Part shown: piece after piece, positions 53,750-64,000 of the stretch | Position numbering within the stretch: position 1 is the stretch's first letter | Layout: every line of letters starts with the position of its first letter | Source: Auanema rhodensis | Taxonomy: Eukaryota; Animalia; Nematoda | Length of the DNA stretch: 64,000 nt | Assembly: GCA_964057225.1 (NCBI GenBank) | Contig: OZ059899.1 | Location: 11,966,001-12,030,000 of the forward strand | Direction of reading: 5' to 3' | Notes under the pieces: model-generated | Database searches by the model: none | What the model was told of the DNA's origin: nothing | Seen by the model: the letters and a program-made list of their open reading frames with translations, nothing else | Position numbers and translations under genes: made by a program

Positions 53750-55053
53750 TTTAAATTCAAAGGAAAAACGCTCATTACTCTATGCTGATGTGACTTATTA
53801 TGGGGTGTGCTAAGCTCTTGTGAGAGTTATGTATTGTATTTTCTGCCTGTGTGTAAAAATTAAACAAAATGCTGTATAATTGTTCTGATTTTCCGACAAA
53901 ATAACAAGAAAATGCACTAAATGGTTGCGGAAGTCCCGCAAATGTAATGGTATACTTAAAAGAAAATTGTAATGTTTTACTGCCTTCATCATCATATCCC
54001 CATTATGGGAATGTGGAAACTTGGCATTCAATTAGTACTTCTCCAATGATTTTCTTTTTTTTGTCAACTTTTCTATTGAACCATCGTTCTAATTACATCT
54101 TTTTTTTGATTTTTTTTTACTTTCTCTTTTCAATTCATGAAGTGTTGAATATTTTCGAAGCTTATGACGTTAAGATTCTGATGTTGCAGAATTCTTTATC
54201 ATGAAAACTTAGAAATATCAAAAATTATTAATAGAATTGTTGGATAATTGCATATTCATTAGCATAACTTGATGTATTTTCGGTTTACGTGAAATTCCAC
54301 GTGGGTATGAGATAACACAAAGATTTATTTTTTGCAAAAAATGCTCTGGCAATCGGTTGTCTAATTGTAATGCTACGGAAAAGTTTTTTGTGATGTTCAT
54401 GCAGAGATCGTTTAAGCTGCAAACAATGCTCAAGTTGTCGAAACATTTCCCAGATGTCATGTGCAATGTTTTTTATGCTTGAGGCATTTTTTTAAGTTGC
54501 AAAAACAATTGAGTACCTCAAAAAGAGCTAGCTTGAGTTTTTTTAATTAAAAATATAAAGCTGCTGATATAGCAGAAGTTCACCAAGGATCTTTATTCAG
54601 TGAATAATTCATCAGTATGATAAAACATGAAACAGAATCTGTATTTGTTGGTATGAGACATTTGAAGTCAAGAACAAAACGTTGGAAAAAGAAACAGAAA
54701 AAAAAAGTAAAGACAAAGAAAAAAGCATAAAAAAAGAATTTCAAAGAAAGAGATCAGAAACTTTACGAGATTCTCGCATAAACACGCTAGAAAAAATAAA
54801 TAGAAGAGCTTAGAAGAGATCTAAGTAACCGTATCTACGTTTATTATTTTGTTTTCTTGTTTTGTTCAAAAAATTGTTTGATTATAGTTGAAATCTAATA
54901 GATTTTTTTTTCTTTTAGAATGAATAAATATGTATTAGACTCTGATTAGATTTAGAATGAATAAGCTTTTGAAGCTTTTATGGGAGAAACATGATTGAGA
55001 GATAAAGGATGTCTGCTGAGATGTATAGCAAAACAATCAAATGGATGATCAGC

Positions 55054-58000
55054 TTAATCAAGATGGTGCCATTGAGCGACTTGTCTTCCTGGATTCTCAA
55101 TTACTTCTGCAACGTGTGGATCGTCCATGTTCAGCAGAGCTCGCCCTATGATGTCATTTCGTTTGCTGCGATCATGGTTAATCACCTATAAGATGAATGA
55201 TGATGAAGAATGCTATCATGGTAAGAACTCACTTGTAAATCAATGACTGAACTGGCTAGTTTGTCATTTCCCAATTCAAATACAAAGGATTCATTATAAA
55301 CTGGGCAAGGTGTAGCACGACGTACATGTGTTTTCTTCTTAGCTAAACGTTCCCCTGTCTCCTTTCTCAAGTATAGTTTGACGTAAGGATCTGAAGTATT
55401 TGCAGTTACAAAGTTTAATCGCCTAAAAGATGCTAACCAGCTGTTTCATTGTCGTGTTTGGTAATTCCACGTCCTTTCAGAACAACAATAGTCAAATTGT
55501 TGAAAGCTGGTTGATAGGTCAATGATAGTAAGATCTCTCCACGATGAGCAACGCAATTATTAGCTCGAGGTTGTAATGGCTGTTCGACACGCATCTCTTG
55601 ATGCATCATCAGCTCAGCGTCAGCTAAGCGATAAACACATTCTCCAATTACAGTATCACGACTGTAACGATCAAATGCAACAGCCTAGAAGACAGAATAA
55701 TCTATATTAAGCTAAAAAGTTGCAAGCTATTTTAGTTAGAAACATGGTTTTTGGTCAGTGCAGTGGCATAGACGACCTTTATTAAATTTTTCTCTGCAAA
55801 AAAAGAAAACAGAAGAATATACTGAAACAGACGTCATATGGATAATAAGCTTCATTATCTATTTTTGAATTAATATGAATATATGTATGTGTGTGTGTGT
55901 GTCTGTGAAACAAAAATAATTAAATTAAGTACCTGAAGATGAAGACAGCTGAAGGCTATTTGTTCTTGGGTAACTCCATACATGGTAAACTGCTCATCAT
56001 ATTGTGGTGAAATACTACCACGAACAATACGTGTCTTAACACGATGATCACGTTCTGAAAAACAGATTTTTGTTTTCACAGCATTATGCTTAAGTTGCAG
56101 ATTATGCATTTTCTCATCAACCCCACCTGGTAATAGTTGAAGCTTTACATAGGGGTCGAGTAGGCATGATCCATCTCGAGAAACAACAAGTTCACACAAA
56201 TCTCGACAGTTGATAACACCAATCTAAAATGAAAATTCTTTGAATTTATTATTAATTTAGATAATGACAAGGAAGTTAATATTCTATTTGAAATTGAACA
56301 AAAGGCTTTATTTCAAATAGGATAAGAGACTAAATGCGATTTACAAATTTTAATATTAAATTTATTTTTTATTTGAAAAATCTAGATTTTTACTATAATT
56401 TAATCAGTTATGAAATCAAAAATAAAAAATTCAAAGAACAAAGATTAATAAATTTTAATTATAATATTATTATCTTTATTCCAAAAACTATAAAAAATTA
56501 CATCTATATTGTAATTTATGCGTTTGCTAAAAAGTTTTTTTTGTCCAAAAAACTGACAGCAGCAATTATATTATATGATCATTCATATTTTTAGAAAAAT
56601 AATTAAAAGAATAGATATGTATTTCTTATATTTTTGTAATTGAGTAGATACTGAATAACAAATTTTGAAATAAATTAAGTTTCATTCCTGAGGTGCACTT
56701 TCTGTCAAGTTTTCAGCAACAAACTCGAAAATATGCTTTCAATCTCCTACACACTCACAAACACAGATATAAAGCAGTTTTCAAATATTATTCTTATATA
56801 GATTGTATATGTTTATATGTAAATATGTTTATCTATTTACCTGAAGAGCCAGTGTCATGGGATCATAGCTAAGGCTGAAGTTAATAACTCCACGTTGAGC
56901 AGGAAGTTCCGATGGTGAAAGTTTTCGTGTACGATCCTCCAATAAACTTTGGAAGGGTACAATTGGACTTGGACTAAAAAATATAAAATAAGAATTTAAC
57001 TATATCAGCAATAGATATATCTTTATATTCTACATATATTTCATTATAATTAATTATTTCTTCCTCATTTCCAAGTACAAGTGTCGTCGTAAATACTACA
57101 GCAACCCATCTCTTGTCACCCCGTCCCCCCTTTTTCCCTTTTCTCTGTCTTCTTCCGTTCATTTTCCAAGAGCAAATGGAGGATGTCGACCCTCTTATAA
57201 AGCGGAATTCTAGATAGATGTCTTGTCAAATCTTAATAGACAAGGAAATGTCCCAGGAGAGACGAGAAAATCACCAGAAACCACAATATTCCAAAAAAAA
57301 GCGACAGAAAAGTTACAGCATCGCCCCCTACTACCTCACAAGTATGATATGTCCCTCTCTTCCCTTTTTTCTGCTCTCACTCTTTCATATAATCCCTTAT
57401 TCCCTGTGTGAAATGGGCTCAAACTTGTAAAACATAAGCCTACGGTAGTTTTTGTCGTGTTCTCTTCTCTATTACACATGTAATTAAATGGAGAGAATGA
57501 AAAGGAATTATTCACAATCACCAATCTCTTCAACCTACAATGCTTATTTGGATCTATTTTAGTTCATCTACACTAATGTAGAAAACCAGAAAACAAGCGG
57601 AAACTCTTGAAATCGTGTAAATAATAAATGGAAAATATACCCATCATCGTGTAAATAATTTTTTTGTTCAAATTTTAAAAAAAAATTCAAACCAAAGTTC
57701 TATTGTTTGAGATATTTTTGTTTTTTTTTTGCTATTTTTTCATTATCAAAATGAATATAATATACGAATTTGCTATCATATTTCTATTATACTGATTGAA
57801 ATATAGTTTTCTAGATAGCTACAATAGTGCCAGTATATATATATATAGAAACTGATACAATGTGACGCAGTCAGGAAGCTCACATCTCATCTCTAAGTAG
57901 CTGACAATGTTAAAACGGCTTTAGTCTTGGCTTTATATCCCTCTTTAAGCTTTTTCTACCCACCAGCTATGTTTTGTTTGATTTTAGGCAAAACGGCAGA

Positions 58001-58960
58001 ATAGTCATATAGCCTATGGAGGATAATGACATCAATTCGTATGGCTGGATGGAATGAAAAAGCCAAATTTTCAAAATACAACTGCAAACAAACCTTGAGT
58101 CACTTGACAACGGACTCTGTAATGGTGATGGGCTCTGCTTCAATCCGCCTGGTCCTTTTGGTTGACCATTACGAACAGCGACAACCTAGAAAAATAAAAA
58201 TTTTAAATGAAAATTGCTTTAGACTTCGTGCCAAAAGAAGAGAGGGTGTCGTAAGGTTTTCAAGTGAAAAGCAACTTGAAGCTCATATAGAGCTTTCAAG
58301 TTTCGAACCCCTTAGGTTAGAAGCTTTGAATTATACAATCAAGCATAGTATTCCCTAAGGATATTTTCAAGATTTCTTTATCATTGTTCTTTGAGAATTC
58401 TTCCAATATTCCGAAACATAAATTCAGCAAAATAAATCATATTTCATGAGAAATGCTTTAAGTTATAATGAATAAATCAAACTCTTCTAGAGCATATCAG
58501 TTAGTATAAATAAAAGAAAACTGTTTTCTTTTGAATTTTAAGAGATGTAATACTGTCATTTAACCATTTTTAGTATTATTTTTTATGTTTTTGTATTAAA
58601 TATAGTAATAACTCTAGTACTACTACTATTACTACTACTTCTTTCATAAGAAATAGAAGTAGCATATGTATGAAAAGATGAAAAAGTATGCTTATGTAAG
58701 TAAGTAAGACGATATGAATAAGCTTTGCATGTAGGAATAACATTACTCTCATCGTTCAATTCTTATAAGATGACTTATGATTATTCACAACTCTATGTTA
58801 TAGACAACATGACAACAGCATTATCATCATCGTATGTCTTGTGCTTTTTACAATTCAAACCCTTCTACTCTTCATTCATTCAACCAAGTCTCTATGTTAT
58901 TTCATTTCCTATTCATAATATACAAATGAAAAAATAATGAAAATCATTGAACAAACTCTT

Positions 58961-59020
<60 letters not shown>

Positions 59021-62000
59021 TTCTCTCTCGCTCATTTTACTCATGTTATCCTTTTATCTTACCTGTTTAGGTGGCTGATGTTGTTGCAACAGTAGACTAG
59101 GGTACTGACGTCTGCGACGAACAGCTAGAAGACCAGCGATTGCTATGAGACCTATCAAACCGACAGCTCCACCAACTGCCAGAAAAACCCATTCGTTATA
59201 TCCTTAACAAGTATAATTTTAAAATATTCGTTACAACAAATGAAAAAAAATATGTTTTGGGCTCATAATCCCAAGGGTATAAGGTTCAAAAATGTCGTGA
59301 CTATAGCTATTGTTCGTATTAATTTATTTTTGTTTTGTTTTGTTTTTGTTTTTTGAAAAAAAGAAACGAAAGAAAATATATTCACAAAAATAAAGTTTCA
59401 TTAAAATAAATATTGGTATTGTATCATTTGAAATAGTAATAGCATTCATTATAGTAAGATGAAGAAGGCATGACTGACTCTAGTAGACATGTGCCAATGT
59501 TTTGTGTGATCTTACTACGAAATAAACAAACTTCAAATTGCTTAAATTTTGGATCAAACTATTAAATGCTGTGATAATGGTTTTTCATTTTCTTCAACAC
59601 ACATACACACACACACAAAACAAACTATTAGAATCCACAAAAGCTATACATAGTAACTAGTTAAACGCAAAAAATACTATACGAATAGTTAATTCGAAGT
59701 GAAACGACAAAGTAATTATAATGAAGAGCAACTGTAATACTCGTAATTCCTACTCCTCCTGTTTTTTTGGGGCATTTTTCGATATAATGCGGCAAATATT
59801 TAAAATATTTTTTCTCAAAAAATATATAGGAAAATATAAGAAAAATAGATGAATTTTTAGATTTTCTTTCTACCGTTGTTATAAGAAATCAACTAATTCC
59901 ATTAATGTAAGAATCTTTTTGATCTTTAATCTCAGCTACCTTTAGATGTTCATGCTATCCTGATCTCAAAGTGTGAGGAAAAAGAATTGAAAATAGTATT
60001 TTTGAGAAAAGTGCTTTCCCCTGCACCCATGAAAACGTATTCTGAATGGTAAAAGACATACGAGCTTTGAAACCTCATTTCTCCATTTTAGTCAAATGGA
60101 TCGATGATCAACATTAAATTTTCTGAACTTGTATTGTCCTTTGAAGTCACATTTTTAATTCTCAGTCCCTTTGGCACTCCATTTTACTTCTATATTTCCG
60201 TTTTTTCTGTTCTCTTGTTCTCTATGATCTGAATTCATATTCAAAAACTTGAGAATCTATATGCTGTACATGACACTCAGAGCAGTTTGAAAGATATTAT
60301 GAGTTTGCATTATTTTCCTCTCGAATACCTTCCAATTCTTCAGATCTTAATACTCTGCTTCTCTCATCTTCTATTTAAGTTACCGTAATATTCTTGTTGA
60401 ACGATGGAATATCAAAAAGGAATCCAATATACTATTCCTGTTATTATCATAAGATAGTTATGTCATTATCTCAAAAATCTAAAAGTAATATTGAGGATTA
60501 TCTCAAACGAATAAAAACTATTGAAATCAGAAATCATTCAAATGAAACAAGGAAAACTCTCATGACATTTCAATAATATTTCTGATATGTATATATCAGG
60601 CAATTCCGTCATTCTTTCTATAGAAAATTCCATTTTTCTTTGTGAATATTTTGAATGAAAACCAAAAAAAAATGATTTTTTCTTCTTCGTTTTTCTATTT
60701 ATTAGAATACTAGCATGGACTAGTATTTCTCATTAATTTCTCGTTTCATGACCGTATTCATTTAAGCTATTTCAATCAACGATTCACCCCTCAGTCTCAT
60801 AAAATGACAACGAATGGTGTTAGTTTTAGGATTGAAACGCAAATCCCTCTCTCTCTCTCCCTCTCTCCCTCTCTCTCTAATAGCTAAAGGGTTTGCAAGA
60901 AGAAATGTCGTTTTACGTCATCGAGTTTCAATTGTTTGAGTATATGATTGAATTTGACGAGTTGCACGTACACCTGATAACAAAATAACATTAATCGATT
61001 ATGTTAATTTCATTTCACGTGACATTTCACGCCATAACATTCCATTTCGATCTTTTATTGCTGGGCTAAACGGTTGTGTTTGAATGTCATGGAATTATCA
61101 AAAATTATTAATTTCATAGCTGCATGTTGACATTTCAGTAATGTTTTTTTCATATAATTATATGGAAAAATAAAGGGCGGATTATAAGGAGAAGAGCGGA
61201 GCACTAGCGAGGATTTGAACAAGTATAACCATCCTCTTCTACTTATTTTCATTTCTATCGCATTAGAGAAAGAGAGAGAATGGAGAATGTTGTTGAAAAG
61301 TGAATTGCTGAAAGGAAATTCTAGTGCAATCCTAAGAAATCCCTTTCAGAAGATGTGCTCAATGATTGTAGGAGAGATTAAAGCTTAAATGTTATATGCA
61401 TAAACACATCGAAATAATGAGAATATTAAAAAGACGACTTTTCTATTTATTTTTCCTGTCAGAATACTACGAGAGATCATGACCTTTGTTTTGTTATATA
61501 AGGTTTCCATGAGAAAACAAAATCTCGGAAAGAAAAATCATTGTAGAATCCGATAAAAGATAGAGAGATATAATAAAGACAGAAGATAGCAGAAGAGAGA
61601 AAGAGAAAGAAAATTGAGAGAAAAAACAACATTTGCTGATCAAAAATGGCCGCTTTCAGCAAAACAACTTGTCTCTATGTATGTAAGCTTGTATTCACAA
61701 AATAAAGCAAAGGAATATGCTTGAAAAATGAATGAAAAAAGCTAACAAAAAGAAAGTAAAAAAAGAAAATGAGGTGAGTGGAAAATATAAGAAGAAAGGA
61801 CTAAAATCGAAAATCTACCTGCAGATGCATTTGTGGTAATTATTTCATGTAATCTTAAATACTTTCATATCTTATGTATTCAATGTAGATTTATAAAGAG
61901 TCAGATTATATTAGTTGGGATTATGACAAGCTTGCAACCATACCAACTATTATGAAAATTCCATTCGAATTAGAAACCAAATAAGAATATAGGATAGAAT

Positions 62001-62734
62001 TTCAAATGATTCTGTTTTTTTTTGCAATGAATGAAGGTTTTTTTTTTCATTTGAAGAACTAGATGAAGCCAATAATGAAGTCATAGAGATATAAAGAATA
62101 TTACTTGAAGAATATACATATGAAATATAATCAAATAAACATGAAAAAAGTTGCAGAATATTCTCATCTTATGATCATAAATGTTTTCTAATCTTTATTC
62201 CCTAGAACTAATATATTCAAATAGATTGTCATTCATTCAAGTAATTTTACTATTACATCACCAGTTGTTCTAACAATTCTTGAATATCAGGCGATGAAAG
62301 CGACATATGGCACACGAAAAAGCCTGACGTCATAAGTTGAATCAAGTAAACTATTTTAAAAATTTGTATTAAAACGTATCTTATTTCTTTAAATAACAGA
62401 GAAACAAGAAAAATGTGGAATTATTGTTGAAAAGACTTCGTGAGATGCAATAATACCAAGATGTATCTGAGTGAAATGGTCAAAATAAACAGGAGATATA
62501 GAGAATAGAGTCAGAAGACACTTCCGCGTGTTTAACTTGTTTTGTTAACGATACATACGATTTTAAACTTTTTTTTATGGATTTAAGAACTAATTAAGGC
62601 ATTATTCAGCAGAAAAGTTGAATATAGGTAGTGGAACAATGGCATATAATAACAGATTGATCGTATAAATTATGATTATGAAAGATCTTACCTTGTCCTG
62701 GTGGACGGTCCGGAGCAAACTGTACGGCCGGCAT
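55054..62734 (-). CDS. snt-4: Synaptotagmin, Syt4/11-like (N-terminal TM helix plus C2A and C2B)
   Basis: Exon 62692-62734 ([14 protein letters not shown]) splices in phase to the TM exon [33 protein letters not shown]2A reads [31 protein letters not shown] and C2B reads [34 protein letters not shown]. Confidence 0.82.
58956..59029. repeat. (CT)n microsatellite next to the 5' splice site of the synaptotagmin TM exon
   Basis: Long visible CT run. Confidence 0.9.
60847..60878. repeat. (CT)n microsatellite
   Basis: Visible CT/CCT run in synaptotagmin intron 1. Confidence 0.85.
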
Positions 62735-62784
62735 TCAGAAGCACGTTGAAACTGAATGTCCTCAGGGCACCGAATCAATTGAAG

Positions 62785-62830
62785 CGCACGCAACGACGCG
62801 CCGCGTCCGCCCCTTATTTGGCTATATAGT
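62785..62830 (-). promoter_or_regulatory. Core promoter of the synaptotagmin gene: TATA-like TATATAG, CArG box and CG-rich element
   Basis: CCTTATTTGG (62812-62821) fits CC(A/T)6GG. It is adjacent to GCTATATAGT, and a CG-rich stretch lies about 50-90 bp upstream of the ATG at 62734. Confidence 0.45.
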
Positions 62831-63648
62831 TTGAGAGCTCCAAGAGCTTTCAGTTTTTCGTCTGAATCTCTCCACTATGCCTGGCAGCCTCACTGTTTCA
62901 GGCGTTTTCCATCCATCTGTTTCTCTACCTCTATTCCTCCTCATATCATATAATCTTCTGTCCTTTGCTTCAGAATCAGTCAAATGAGCTCCGCCCATGC
63001 TCAGTTAAGCACAAGATGAACCAGTTGCATGCGACATAGAGTTAGAGAAAACAAAGCAACAGAGGAAGAAAACCAAAAAATAGCAAAGTTCTCGTTCAGA
63101 ACATCACATTTCATAGAGTTCTCTTTTACTTTTTGCTTATAACGGATGAAAGCATTGAAACATTTGCATGTAGTTCCGACAAAACCTGCCTGAATTACAA
63201 ATAGTGTCGATGCCTTCTACTAAATATAGAAAATCGAACTAATTTGATGAATAAGGAGATATTAAGAGTCATTATCGCTTCTTATAAGTCAGAATATTAT
63301 GATTAGTATTAGCTAGATATAGAAAATCGACATAAGCAACTATAGACTTATAAAAGTTTATTCGGAAAGAAATTGAATTTTAAAAGTGAATACGAAAATT
63401 CAGATCAATATTTACGACTACTTACGTTGAAAGCTGATATAACAGATGAAGGAATAATGTAAAAATACAATATACATATTGAGGGACAAATAAATTACAC
63501 ATGCATAATGTCATGATCAACACGACTTGAAAGTTTTGAGAAAAATGAAAATTTTAACGAGTTTATGGCTAGATATAGAGTCATAACTGATGTACAGTAC
63601 CCTTTTGCCCATTTTAATACGAGAAAGGGCATATCTGATCGTCCTTCA

Positions 63649-63978
63649 TTAAAGTTCTGTGTGTGATATCTTATGCAGAGCATCTCCGTAATTCGTAGCT
63701 TCTGAACCAACAAAGAGCTTATGCTCATCCACAATTTCAGCAATACTCAATTTACCATCCTGTAAAAAATGTTTTTTTGAAATCCGGTAATAAAGAGATA
63801 ACATTTGGTGATTGAATTCATTATCAGCAGAATAAACAAACCTGGTTTTTATCAGCTCCATTAATGAGGTGATTAGCTTCTTGTTTAGCTACGGCTTTGA
63901 CATCAGGAATCAGCCATTTACGAACTTCTTCACCTTTCAAAACACCATCTGCGTTCTCGTCGTATTCAGCCATAAATC
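63649..63978 (-). CDS. 3' end (last two exons) of a CREC-family EF-hand ER protein (calumenin/reticulocalbin-like); truncated by the window edge
   Basis: FMAEYDENADGVLKGEEVRKWLIPD..AKQEANHLINGADKNQ|DGKLSIAEIVDEHKLFVGSEATNYGDAL..HTEL* shows EF-hands, the CREC motif FVGS.AT.YG and an HDEL-like ER retention signal. Confidence 0.92.
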
Positions 63979-64000
63979 TTTAATTGGTAACAGATATGGC

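Noticed and set aside
57251-57260. COE/UNC-3-like site TCCCAGGAGA in a synaptotagmin intron (similar TCCCTTGAGA at 30380)
   Set aside because: These are single degenerate 10-mers and cannot be told from chance without conservation data.
25344-62901. Scattered CTGTTTCA (piRNA Ruby core) matches at about 25344, 55441 and 62894
   Set aside because: They are few and dispersed, one lies in coding sequence, and this is about what chance would give; there is no cluster.

Overview
Eukaryotic, AT-rich genomic DNA from a nematode, most likely a rhabditid (clade V) that is not C. elegans. Intron density is high, most introns are about 40-50 nt, and many 3' splice sites end in AAG rather than TTTCAG. 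I assembled 16 intron-containing gene models by hand; the ORF track shows only exon fragments. The compact housekeeping block (1-28.3 kb) holds mbd-2, an MSP-domain gene, eIF2-gamma, mcm-4, CCDC58/MIX23, WAC, atp-1, mcrs-1, eat-16, an hnRNP F/H-like gene, ocrl-1 and a BSD/SYAP1-like gene. It is followed by a long-intron gene for an acidic secreted proprotein, a C2H2 zinc-finger gene divergent from edc-4, a CD2AP/CIN85-like SH3 adaptor, a synaptotagmin-4-like gene, and the 3' end of a calumenin/reticulocalbin gene (a 17th, partial model). I could not support any tRNA, rRNA, CRISPR array or intact transposon. The most unusual signals are: (1) a tandem array of four degenerate spliced-leader (SL1)-like sequences lying antisense in an enlarged intron of the zinc-finger gene; (2) a candidate 9-nt microexon in ocrl-1 that completes a clathrin box; (3) mcrs-1 and eat-16 stop codons abutting with no gap; (4) G-tracts and a poison acceptor in the hnRNP F/H gene; (5) a granin-like orphan proprotein; (6) relaxed AAG/GAG acceptors and a GC-AG intron. 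Exon boundaries were read by eye and orthology calls come from remembered family motifs, not database searches.
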